Origin: Chitinophagaceae bacterium
GTDB taxonomy: Bacteria; Bacteroidota; Bacteroidia; Chitinophagales; Chitinophagaceae
DNA length: 64,000 bases
Direction: 5' to 3'
Assembly (NCBI GenBank): GCA_031441485.1
Contig: JANOEQ010000108.1
Span: 387 to 64,386 of the forward strand
In this document: in pieces, positions 27,492-36,364 of the stretch
Numbering within the stretch: the first letter of the stretch is position 1
How the letters are laid out: each line of letters opens with the position of its first letter
Program-made: the position numbers and the translations under genes
Notes under the pieces: model-generated
Database searches by the model: none
What the model was told of the DNA's origin: nothing
Seen by the model: the letters and a program-made list of their open reading frames with translations, nothing else

Positions 27492-27902
27492 TTATTCACC
27501 AAAATATTCTACATATATCCGGGGTGTTTCGTACAACTTGATACTGTGTAACTGCACACCGGCCGGTAAATAAGGTGTCAGTTCATTCCAGATGGCGATC
27601 GCCAGATTTTCAGTACTGCACATCTTTCCTTTCATAAATATCACATCCACATTCAGGTTGCGGTGGTCAACCTGCTCTATCACTTTATCCTTGATAATAT
27701 TACTCAATACTTTTACATCACATACAAACCCGGTGTCGGGACTGGGGTCGCCTTTTACTGTTACCAGCAGTTCATAATTATGCCCATGCCAGTTTTCATT
27801 GGCGCATTTTCCAAAAACCTCTTCATTTTTTTCGTAGCTCCACGCCGGGTTGTACAATTTGTGTGCGGCATTGAAGTGTTCTGACCTTGTTAAGTAAACC
27901 AT
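27492..27902 (-). CDS. 6-pyruvoyl-tetrahydropterin synthase family protein (paralogue 2)
   Basis: HFNAAHKL and GKCANENWHGHNYELL motifs, in tandem with paralogue 1 and folE. Confidence 0.88.
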   Translation of the reverse strand: MVYLTRSEHFNAAHKLYNPAWSYEKNEEVFGKCANENWHGHNYELLVTVKGDPSPDTGFVCDVKVLSNIIKDKVIEQVDHRNLNVDVIFMKGKMCSTENLAIAIWNELTPYLPAGVQLHSIKLYETPRIYVEYFGE

Positions 27903-28081
27903 GCTTTACTTTTTTAGTTCCGCTCAGCGTTGGGCGGCGGAAGTCCGATTACAATCGGGTGTGAAACCAGCCATCTGGCTGGCAGGCGCAAAGCTACATT
28001 AAATCAATGTATCTATCGCTTGAAAAAGCAGAACTTTACGTTACCTTGCATACCCAAAACACAGTACCTAATAGCCTTATC

Positions 28082-28738
28082 ATGAATTGTTTAGTTGTGG
28101 CTGCCACCATCATAGAAATCACCCCTTTCCTGGAGAAGTTCAGGGACAAAAGGCCGTTAAAAGCGGATGTGGATACAGATGTCCTGATTACCGGTATCGG
28201 GCTTACTGCCGCCACTTATTCCCTGGCAAAGCAACTCAGTATAAAAAGGCCACATATTATCATACAGGCTGGTGTAGCTGGTTGTTTTGACAGGTCGGTA
28301 CTCCCTGGCACCGTAGTAGCCGTAAAGAAAGAGGCCATTGCGGACCAGAGTGTTATTGAACTGGAAAAACTGAAAACCATGTTTGATCTGAAACTGGTAC
28401 CGCAAGATCAGCATCCATTTTCAAAAGGCTGGCTGGTCAACAAAAGCGATGCATTGAAAAAAATAAAACTGAAAAAAGTAACCGGTGTGTCTGTAAATGA
28501 AATAACCACATCAAAACAAAAAGTAGAATTGTACCGGCAAACATTTGCACCGGTGGTGGAATCAATGGAAGGCGCCGCCCTGCATTATGTATGCCTGATG
28601 GAAAATATTCCCTTTGTGCAGATCAGAAGTGTCTCGAACTATGTGGCTGAAAGGAACAAGAAGAACTGGAACATGAAAGAATCCATCATCAACCTGAATA
28701 AAGAGCTTTTTAATATTATCCAATCCCTGTCAATTTGA
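28082..28738 (+). CDS. mqnB: futalosine hydrolase (MTA/SAH nucleosidase family)
   Basis: Nucleosidase-family motifs (ITGIGLTAAT, VESMEGAA), adjacent to an MqnA/D-family gene. I prefer the start at MNCLVVAAT. Confidence 0.75.
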   Translation: MNCLVVAATIIEITPFLEKFRDKRPLKADVDTDVLITGIGLTAATYSLAKQLSIKRPHIIIQAGVAGCFDRSVLPGTVVAVKKEAIADQSVIELEKLKTMFDLKLVPQDQHPFSKGWLVNKSDALKKIKLKKVTGVSVNEITTSKQKVELYRQTFAPVVESMEGAALHYVCLMENIPFVQIRSVSNYVAERNKKNWNMKESIINLNKELFNIIQSLSI

Positions 28739-28802
28739 TACAACCCAACTAAACTATTCAACCATTCAACCAATTAACTGATTAACTAATAAACCATTAA
28801 AC

Positions 28803-29639
28803 TTGAAACTCTCTCTCGGTTTTTCCCCCTGCCCCAACGATACATTTATTTTTGATGCGCTGGTCAATAAAAAAATTGATAGCGGAGAATTTGAATTTGA
28901 AACCATACTGGCCGATGTGGAAACATTGAACCAATGGGCCCTGGAAGGCAAACTGGATATTACTAAACTAAGTTTTCCGGCCTTCTTCCGTTCATTATCA
29001 AATTACACATTGCTTAATGCAGGCAGTGCCGTGGGTAATGGGGTTGGACCCTTAATAATTTCGGATGCAAAGCATATCCTGACAGATGAAGAAATAAACC
29101 AGGCGTCGGTGGCACTGCCCGGTGTCAATACCACCGCCAACCTGCTGTTCAGTTTCGTCTACCCGGAAGTTGCTGATAAAAGATTTATGGTCTTTTCAGC
29201 CATTGAAGACGCATTGGTAAATAAAGAGGTGGACCTGGGTGTAATCATTCATGAAAACCGGTTTACCTATCAGCAAAAAGGGTTGCAAAAAGTAAAAGAC
29301 CTTGGTGAGTACTGGGAACAAAAAATGGAACTGCCTTTACCATTGGGTGGTATTGCCATCACGCAATCAGTAAAAAGATCTGTTGCGCTTAAAGTAAATG
29401 AACTCATTCGTCAAAGCCTGGAGTATGCTTTCAGTAATTATCCTGTTATACCAGACTATGTAAAACAGCATGCACAGGAAATGAATGAGGATGTGATGCG
29501 GCAGCATATTGATTTGTATGTAAATAAATACAGCCTTGATTTGGGTGAAGATGGCCAACAGGCTGTGGAATGCATGCATCAGGTATACCTGGAATTAAAC
29601 AACGAAGAATCAGATGATGAAGACGTGCTATTTCTTTAG
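28803..29639 (+). CDS. mqnD: menaquinone (futalosine pathway) MqnA/MqnD-family protein, probably 1,4-dihydroxy-6-naphthoate synthase
   Basis: The N-terminus KLSLGFSPCPNDTFIFDAL is typical of MqnD. The start is TTG. Confidence 0.75.
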   Translation: MKLSLGFSPCPNDTFIFDALVNKKIDSGEFEFETILADVETLNQWALEGKLDITKLSFPAFFRSLSNYTLLNAGSAVGNGVGPLIISDAKHILTDEEINQASVALPGVNTTANLLFSFVYPEVADKRFMVFSAIEDALVNKEVDLGVIIHENRFTYQQKGLQKVKDLGEYWEQKMELPLPLGGIAITQSVKRSVALKVNELIRQSLEYAFSNYPVIPDYVKQHAQEMNEDVMRQHIDLYVNKYSLDLGEDGQQAVECMHQVYLELNNEESDDEDVLFL

Positions 29640-30950
29640 CGCTGCTGCATAAGTTTCCAGGCATCTCTTTCTTGCTTCTTCATGCACCACAATGGGTTTG
29701 GGATATGAAAATTCTTCGAACTCCGGCACCCACAAGCGAATATATTTTAAGTCCGGATCAAATCGCTGTGTTTGCAGGTAAGGATTAAATATCCTGAAAT
29801 AGGGCGCTGCATCACAGCCACTGCCGGCAGCCCATTGCCAGCCGCCATTATTGGCGGCCAAATCAAAGTCTAATAGCTTTTGAGCAAAGTATGCTTCTCC
29901 CCATCGCCAGTCAATTAATAAATGCTTGGTGAGAAAAGATGCTGCAATCATTCTCACCCTGTTATGCATAAAACCCGTGGTGTTCAGTTCCCGCATGCCT
30001 GCATCCACAATGGGGTAACCGGTCTGCCCGTTGCACCATGCTTCAAATTCTTTTAGGCTGTTTCTCCATTTGATGTTATCGTAATCAGATTTAAACGCAT
30101 GGTTTACAACCTGCGGAAAATGCCAGAGTATCATCTGATAAAAATCACGCCAGATCAATTCATTCAAAAATGCCTCATTGTATCCCCCTGCTTCAGCCGT
30201 CAAAGCCCTGATGCTGATAGTGCCAAACCGCAGATGCACACTTAACCTCGATGTACCGGGTATAGAAGGTATATCCCGTTGCTCTTTATAATTTCTTATG
30301 ATGGCCCCCTGCCATTCTTTTCCGGGAAAAGAAATGCCGGCCGGTTGAAAATTCATATCAGCAAGCGAAATAACCGTACGTGCAGGTTGCCGGTAAAAAT
30401 TTTTAAAATATTTTTTAGTGGAATAGGGCTTCAGGTGAAAATCAGTAAGCGCTGCTTTCCATTTTCTCGAATAAGGAGTAAATATGGTGTATGGCTTACC
30501 ATCATCTTTCAGCACTTCGTCTTTTTCCAGTATCACCTGATCCTTGAATGTATGAAAAGAGGCTCCGTACCCTTTCAGAAGAGATGCAATTGATTCATCC
30601 CTTTTTTTTGCATAGGGTTCATAATCGTGGTTGGTAAATACTTTTTCCACCTGGTATTCCTGAAGCAATGTATTAAATACCGCCAAAGGGTTTCCATACC
30701 GTACATCCATTGTTGATCCAATCTTTACTAATTGTTGCTGCATATCCTGCAGGGCAAGGTGAATAAACTCTACCCGCCTGTCTGCTACTGCTGTTTCGCC
30801 GGGGTTACCGGCCAGTTCGTTCAGTATATTGGTATCGAAAATAAAAATGGGTAATACAGGATGAGCATCTTTTAATGCATGAAATAAACCTGCATTATCA
30901 TGCAGGCGAAGGTCCCGGCGGAACCAGAAAATATTTACAGCAGGTTTCAT
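29628..30950 (-). CDS. cryptochrome/photolyase family protein (deoxyribodipyrimidine photolyase or DASH type)
   Basis: N-terminal IFWFRRDLRLHDN and a C-terminal FAD-binding region (WGEAYF...DLAANNGGWQW). The 3' ends overlap mqnD by 12 bp (convergent). Confidence 0.9.
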   Translation of the reverse strand: MKPAVNIFWFRRDLRLHDNAGLFHALKDAHPVLPIFIFDTNILNELAGNPGETAVADRRVEFIHLALQDMQQQLVKIGSTMDVRYGNPLAVFNTLLQEYQVEKVFTNHDYEPYAKKRDESIASLLKGYGASFHTFKDQVILEKDEVLKDDGKPYTIFTPYSRKWKAALTDFHLKPYSTKKYFKNFYRQPARTVISLADMNFQPAGISFPGKEWQGAIIRNYKEQRDIPSIPGTSRLSVHLRFGTISIRALTAEAGGYNEAFLNELIWRDFYQMILWHFPQVVNHAFKSDYDNIKWRNSLKEFEAWCNGQTGYPIVDAGMRELNTTGFMHNRVRMIAASFLTKHLLIDWRWGEAYFAQKLLDFDLAANNGGWQWAAGSGCDAAPYFRIFNPYLQTQRFDPDLKYIRLWVPEFEEFSYPKPIVVHEEARKRCLETYAAALKK

Positions 30951-30968
30951 CAGGCAAAGGAAACAATA

Positions 30969-31808
30969 TCAGGGCGAAATTGTTTTAATAATGCGGTTAT
31001 AAATTTCCACCGTCATTGAATTGGTATATTTTATTTTGCCAAAATGGCCCACCCAGCGAATACCATTTATGGCATTGGTCAGAAATACTTCATTGGCTGT
31101 TTCCAGTTGAGAGAATGTAAGCACTCCCACCTGTACCACATAGTTCATCGCTTTCAATTGTTCTATCAGATATCTTCTCATCACTCCGTTTACACATCCT
31201 TCAGTCAGTGAAGGAGTGGTAATAATGCCATCTTTTATTACAAATACGTTAGCGATAGTGGAATCTGCAATGGTCCCTGAAGTATTTAGTACCAGGCAAT
31301 CATTCAGTTTATTATGTTTTGCATATTGGGCGGCCATGGAATAAGGCAGAAAGTTGGCCGATTTGAGATTGGAAAAGATATCACAGCTTTTATGGCTATC
31401 GGGATAAATGTCTATCACCAGGCCATTTTCATTTAACCTGTTCACAGATTCATTCAGCGGCCAGCACCCGATCAGGTATTGCATGATCATATCCTCATCA
31501 TATAATCCTCCATTGCCCCGAAAAACAGATAATCGTATGCGGGCCATTTTTTCACACTCATTTTTCCGGCAGAGTGTGAGTATAGCTTCCCGAAGTTTAT
31601 CCACCGTAAAATGGGCAGGGATTTCAAATTGAAGAACAGATATCCCGGTAAAGAGCCTTTCGAAATGATAGTCTTCCAATGCTATACTGCCTTTTACTAC
31701 TTTCATAGTTTCAAACAGACCATCCCCATATCGAAAACCCCTGTTATCTGCCAGCAGAACAGGTTTGCCGGCTTCCACTGTCCTGCCATTAAAATTTATG
31801 TAATTCAT
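30969..31808 (-). CDS. class IV aminotransferase (aminodeoxychorismate lyase / BCAT-like)
   Basis: RGFRYGDGLFET and the fold-type IV pattern. I prefer the start at MNYINFNG. Confidence 0.85.
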   Translation of the reverse strand: MNYINFNGRTVEAGKPVLLADNRGFRYGDGLFETMKVVKGSIALEDYHFERLFTGISVLQFEIPAHFTVDKLREAILTLCRKNECEKMARIRLSVFRGNGGLYDEDMIMQYLIGCWPLNESVNRLNENGLVIDIYPDSHKSCDIFSNLKSANFLPYSMAAQYAKHNKLNDCLVLNTSGTIADSTIANVFVIKDGIITTPSLTEGCVNGVMRRYLIEQLKAMNYVVQVGVLTFSQLETANEVFLTNAINGIRWVGHFGKIKYTNSMTVEIYNRIIKTISP

Positions 31809-31878
31809 GTAGTAAGTATAGAAATGGAAAAACCATCCTGCACAATGCAAGATGGTTAAATATACTTGCCAAAAAAAA

Positions 31879-32553
31879 TTATGCCTGTTCTACCAAACCT
31901 GCTTTTACGGCGTACATCACCAGTCCTGCCATTGATTTGGTACCTGTTTTGGTTTTCAGCTTATCCCGGATAGCCTCTACTGTACGTGGGCTCAGGTCAA
32001 CTATATCTGCAATCTCTTTAGTACTTTTTTCATCACACATCAGCTTCAGGATAGTAACTTCCTTATCGGTCAGCTGAACATCCTGCGGCATTGACGACTC
32101 TGAAGTACGCTTTGTACGCAAGCCACTCAACAGGGCTTTATTAGTAAGATCGTTAAAGAAAAAATCATTTTCGTATACCTGCTTTACGGCTTCGTAGATC
32201 ATCTCCGAACCGGATTCTTTAGTAAGATAAGAATTAGCACCTATTTCCATCATTTTGGAAATTACAGAATGGTCATTATGCATGGAAAGCATAATTACTT
32301 TTACGTTGGGGTATAATTTCTTTATCTCCGGCAGTGTAGTTAAACCGTCCATAATAGGCATCTGGATATCAAGCAACACAACATCAGGTTGAATATGACG
32401 GAGCAGGTTTAACAGCTGCATACCATTTTCAGCTTCGGCCACCATCTGTATGTCTTTGCGGCTTTGGAGCGAAGTCTTTACGCCAGTACGGAAGAGTGCA
32501 TGATCATCAGCTATCGCCACCTTAATTACTGCATTTGTTTCGTAGTTTTTCAT
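31879..32553 (-). CDS. NarL/LuxR-family response regulator
   Basis: Receiver domain (VAIADDH...VVLLDIQMP) plus a LuxR HTH (LTDKEVTILKL...EIADIVDLSPRTVE). Confidence 0.9.
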   Translation of the reverse strand: MKNYETNAVIKVAIADDHALFRTGVKTSLQSRKDIQMVAEAENGMQLLNLLRHIQPDVVLLDIQMPIMDGLTTLPEIKKLYPNVKVIMLSMHNDHSVISKMMEIGANSYLTKESGSEMIYEAVKQVYENDFFFNDLTNKALLSGLRTKRTSESSMPQDVQLTDKEVTILKLMCDEKSTKEIADIVDLSPRTVEAIRDKLKTKTGTKSMAGLVMYAVKAGLVEQA

Positions 32554-32768
32554 CTTTTGGATTATTAGTAAAAAAATTGGATTCTATCGTTATTCTATGG
32601 CGCAAGATCGAAAATTCACGGAATATATACCATAGGGAAAGTACTTAATTTCAACAATGCGGAAAGTACCAGTATATTTTACTATTAACGAATATGTACG
32701 ACTGGTTTTCTGAAAATATACTACAGGCTGCGTAAATACCGAATATTTTAAATAGGGCAGTTATGCTC

Positions 32769-32799
32769 TTGTTAACATATCGATGTGGATATATTTTTG
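32769..32799 (+). promoter_or_regulatory. candidate Bacteroidetes-type promoter (-33 cTTG, -7 TATTTTTG) of an orphan transcript
   Basis: TTG at 32769-32771 and TAttTTTG at 32792-32799, with a 20-nt spacer. The same arrangement is conserved in the paralogous element at 38503-38533. Confidence 0.45.
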
Positions 32800-33101
32800 T
32801 TTCAGAAAGTTGATTGACATGGCTGATCTGTTTACTCTCATCCAATGTCCCTTACCGTCCAGAAAGAATTTCCAATAATCCCTTGAAAAACCAAACCCGA
32901 TCTTAATCGGGAAACACATCACCAGGCAGTCAACTTTCTATTTTTCCTGTCTGCCTTAGCTAAGACAGATTGAACAAAAGTCCCGTTTTTATAAATCCAA
33001 TACCTGCTGAAAAGAAACCAAAAACCAGACAACCATTAAGCCCTGTTCCTATGAAGTGCACGGTTTACAAAAAATTTTCTCTTTCATAACAGTAACATCA
33101 A

Positions 33102-33134
33102 CGCCCCGGTCCTCATAACGCCGGGGTATTTTTT
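33102..33134 (+). terminator. orphan rho-independent terminator on the + strand
   Basis: GCCCCGG-tcctcataacg-CCGGGGT is followed by ATTTTTTT. No annotated + strand gene lies upstream. Confidence 0.6.
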
Positions 33135-33159
33135 TGGCCCTGCCCCCTGTTAATTAATA

Positions 33160-33288
33160 CGAATATCGAACAGATGAACAAGGAATTACGAACACCGAAG
33201 TAAGCAAGACCCCAATTATTGAGGAATCACTTCGATATTCAGCGTTCCTTCTTCTGTTCCTCCGTTCCTTGTTCATCTGTTCGATATT
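33160..33288. repeat. perfect 25-bp inverted repeat with a 79-nt spacer (REP-like element)
   Basis: GAATATCGAACAGATGAACAAGGAA (33160-33184) is the exact reverse complement of 33264-33288. Confidence 0.8.
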
Positions 33289-33303
33289 CAAAACGGGATT
33301 TCA

Positions 33304-34047
33304 TCAGACCTTTTCCGCCACCAGGTAGGCCCTTGGTTCGCCCAATGAAAATTTCTTTCTTCCGGGTATGCTGTATATTTCTATTAGTGTGAGACCTGCT
33401 TCTTTGAGCATTACTTCCATTTCATTAATGGAAAAAATATAATCAATACCCTGTTTCGATTCTGTGTTGCCATCAGTGGCGATGGTGATGCTTTCCGTTT
33501 CTATACGTGTGGGGTGGAATAATAATTTGGAATCGGTAAGAAACTTCAGGCCGTTAATTTCGCTCCAGCTTTTTTCTTTAAAATTTTTAAAGGCAATCTC
33601 GGCAATCGTCCAGGAGTTGATGAGCAGGTGCCCACCCGGTTTTAATTGTGCCGCCACGTTTTTAAAGATGGTGAGTGTGTCTGCTGTGTTAAAAAAATTA
33701 AGGCTGTTACCCATGCAAATTACCAGGTCCATCTGTTCAGTGCCGCAATAAATGAGTACGTCTGTCTTGATTATTTTCAATGGCAGGTTATCTGCTTCAA
33801 CTGCGGTTTGTATTTCGTGCACATAATCGCCCAGGTTGTCAATAGCTGTTACTTTTATTCCTTTTTGGGCCAGTGCTATGGCATGGCGGCCAAAGCCACA
33901 CATCAGGTCAAGCACTTTGCTGTCTTTTTGCAGATTAAAATACGGCACCATGAAATCAACTTCCTTTATTGTCAATTCATCCGGGATAATGGTTTTCCAT
34001 ATCTCTTTATAGTAACCATCAAAATATGTATCGTTGATATTAGGCAT
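33304..34047 (-). CDS. class I SAM-dependent methyltransferase
   Basis: Motif I VLDLMCGFGRHA and an overall Rossmann-MTase layout. Confidence 0.85.
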   Translation of the reverse strand: MPNINDTYFDGYYKEIWKTIIPDELTIKEVDFMVPYFNLQKDSKVLDLMCGFGRHAIALAQKGIKVTAIDNLGDYVHEIQTAVEADNLPLKIIKTDVLIYCGTEQMDLVICMGNSLNFFNTADTLTIFKNVAAQLKPGGHLLINSWTIAEIAFKNFKEKSWSEINGLKFLTDSKLLFHPTRIETESITIATDGNTESKQGIDYIFSINEMEVMLKEAGLTLIEIYSIPGRKKFSLGEPRAYLVAEKV

Positions 34048-34112
34048 AAGTGATTCTTAGGAAATCTGCAATCAATCGGGGTCCTGCTCTCACTTCTCCG
34101 GAGAGGAGGAGG

Positions 34113-34769
34113 TTATTCCAGCAATTTATTCCTGGTAGCATACATTACCAAACCGGCAATTGTTTTTGCTCCCACTTTCTGTTTCATATTCTGCCGGATA
34201 GTTTCAATAGTGCGTGGGCTCAGGAATACTTCTTTGGAGATATCCTCGGTGGTCTTATCGTCGGCAATCAGTTTTAATATTTTCAATTCTTTTTCCGAAA
34301 ACTTTACGGGGTTTGGGTAAAATTGACGGACGGTTTTTTTATGCTGCAGTTTCAGCAGCACAGCTTTATTCACCAGATCGTTAAAATAAAAATCATCATT
34401 CATACAGGTAAGGATGGCCTGGTATATTTCTTCAGGATCGGTGGTTTTCGTAAGGTATGCATTGGCCCCCATTTCCATCATTTTCGTTATCATTTCCTGG
34501 TCATCGTACATGGTGAGAATGATAATCTTCAGGGTTTCATATTCTTTGCGGATAAGGCTGATGGCATTGATACCATCCACTTCGGGCATCCGGATATCCA
34601 TTAATATTACATCCGGCATTTTGAGGGTAAGTTTATGCTGAAGGTCTTTACCATCTTCAGCTTCCCAGAGAATCCGCAGGTATTCTTTATCTTTTAGCGC
34701 CATCCGAATACCATCCCTGAATATTTTGTGGTCATCGGCAATAGCCACCTTAATAATTTGGGTAGACAT
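34113..34769 (-). CDS. NarL/LuxR-family response regulator
   Basis: Receiver domain (VAIADDH...VILMDIRMP) plus a LuxR HTH (FSEKELKILKL...LSPRTIE). Confidence 0.9.
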   Translation of the reverse strand: MSTQIIKVAIADDHKIFRDGIRMALKDKEYLRILWEAEDGKDLQHKLTLKMPDVILMDIRMPEVDGINAISLIRKEYETLKIIILTMYDDQEMITKMMEMGANAYLTKTTDPEEIYQAILTCMNDDFYFNDLVNKAVLLKLQHKKTVRQFYPNPVKFSEKELKILKLIADDKTTEDISKEVFLSPRTIETIRQNMKQKVGAKTIAGLVMYATRNKLLE

Positions 34770-34963
34770 AGATCATTGGTTTGCAATTTATTTAAACGGG
34801 TAACGAGTCCTCGTAAAAATACGCAAACTTTGCTTAAAGTACCAACTTTTTATCAGTCATAAAAACCTTTATGGCAATGCATTTCAAATGCTTTTGGGTA
34901 TTTACTTACATAGAGAAAACGTTGTTTTTCATTGGATACAGCCACTTATTTTTTCTGTAAGTT

Positions 34964-35404
34964 TTAGCGGAGGGAATAATTAAAAGAAAACTGGTAAATA
35001 GGCAGGGAATACTCTATCTCCGGTCGTTTTACATACTTGTAATACACCACTTTTATATTTACCAGGTTATTGATTTCCACACCCCAGGCTGCCGACCAGC
35101 CGTGATATAATCCATTAGTGCGGATGCCGGGGAGTATTTCTTTTAGCTGTTTCTCCCCCGATTTGGAGAATATATAGCGGGCAGCCATCCAGAAAACGCC
35201 CACATTTCTGGCATTGTTCCGTTCCCAGGCGCCGGTTTGAAAATACAAGCCGCCAGTACAATAACTGTTCAGGAAATTGATGGGTTTTCCTGTAGATGGG
35301 TTTGTTTCCAACCCTGTTTTATACCCGGTTAATACCCTTATCCCGGCGTGGTATAAAAAACTAACGATATGATAAAAGGCTTTGTATCCATACTGACGTG
35401 GCAA
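34964..35404 (-). pseudogene. 5'-truncated remnant of a beta-barrel-like (outer-membrane-type) protein gene
   Basis: It has no ATG (only TTG) and no signal peptide, and the frame closes 9 codons upstream. Alternating aromatic/polar strands end ...YQFSFNYSLR. Its 3' end and flank are duplicated at 37380-37450. Confidence 0.4.
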
Positions 35405-35473
35405 TGGAAAAGAGAAAGGGATAAAAAGGGATTAGATGTTGCAGGTGATAAAAACGCCAACGGCTTCGGATGA

Positions 35474-36364
35474 TTAAAAAGGCAAATCGCCGGTTTCTTT
35501 TGTATTATCTATATCGCCAAATATGGGTCTAACATCATTTTTTTCAGCATATTCAATTATTCTTTCACCTTCTGATATATCTACATAGTTAAATTCACCG
35601 GAATCCTTTAATTGCTTCCAGAGTGTATGCTGCCTCTTTAATTTTTTGGGTGGTTCCTGTGTAAGCACAAAATCCTGACAATCCAGTTTGTTCTTTTTAT
35701 ACGTTTCCTTTAAAAGATAGAAAGTAGAAATTTCATTGATGATATGGTTTTGCTGAGATGTCATATCAATTGACTGAACAAATACATCTAATCCATTCTT
35801 TCCAACAAGATCCACTTTTACAGGAACTAACAGATTAGGCACTTCATCAGGAGTTATTGTATGGCCAGAAATAAAGTGGTTCCTGATCTGCGTACTAAAG
35901 CGAAATTTAAAATCGTCGATTGGCGTATATTTCTTATTGCCGGTTTCAGGAAGTTTTTCTTCACCTATCAAATTAGTAAAAAGCTTAATGGCACTTTCTT
36001 CTGTAGCTGCTATGTCTATAGGTTTGGGTTCAGAATATACAATCAGGTTATTCTTATAGCGGCTCAGATAATTAATATAATCAATGGAAAAACTTGGGTC
36101 ACTAACTTTGAAAAGCTGCTGAGAATCAAAAAATAAATTTTCAGATGATTGCATCATCTTTTTCTCTATCCCTGTAATAGAGTCATTAATTACCTTGAAT
36201 TCCTCCTTTTTGAGAAGATACTTTAAGGCATTTAATTTAGAGTGGGAGAACTTACAAAATACAATATCATTATCAAACAGGACAAGGCCGAGAGATACCT
36301 TTTCCTGCGTGACTTTCCTCAAGGAGGCAAATATGATACTGTACGATGCGCTCATCATCATCAT
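35474..36364 (-). CDS. DUF3037-like protein (296 aa)
   Basis: The N-terminus YSIIFASLRKVTQEKVSLGLVLF resembles the DUF3037 opening pattern (y..v.r..P....E.vNvGvvl). Its start codon directly abuts the kinase stop (TAA-ATG). Confidence 0.6.
   Translation of the reverse strand: MMMMSASYSIIFASLRKVTQEKVSLGLVLFDNDIVFCKFSHSKLNALKYLLKKEEFKVINDSITGIEKKMMQSSENLFFDSQQLFKVSDPSFSIDYINYLSRYKNNLIVYSEPKPIDIAATEESAIKLFTNLIGEEKLPETGNKKYTPIDDFKFRFSTQIRNHFISGHTITPDEVPNLLVPVKVDLVGKNGLDVFVQSIDMTSQQNHIINEISTFYLLKETYKKNKLDCQDFVLTQEPPKKLKRQHTLWKQLKDSGEFNYVDISEGERIIEYAEKNDVRPIFGDIDNTKETGDLPF

Noticed and set aside
26242-27902. folE plus QueD-like genes as part of a 7-deazaguanine DNA-modification (dpd-like) defence cluster
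   Set aside because: No queC, queE, tgt/dpdA-like or helicase/nuclease genes are nearby. The neighbours are fabD and menaquinone genes, consistent with ordinary cofactor metabolism.
32651-32845. 64-aa ORF (and 99-aa ORF 38313-38612) sharing a peptide block, possibly a small conserved protein
   Set aside because: The nucleotide homology extends beyond both ORFs, while the reading frame is interrupted by a stop in copy 1. The N- and C-termini differ completely. I interpret this as a conserved non-coding element (see findings).
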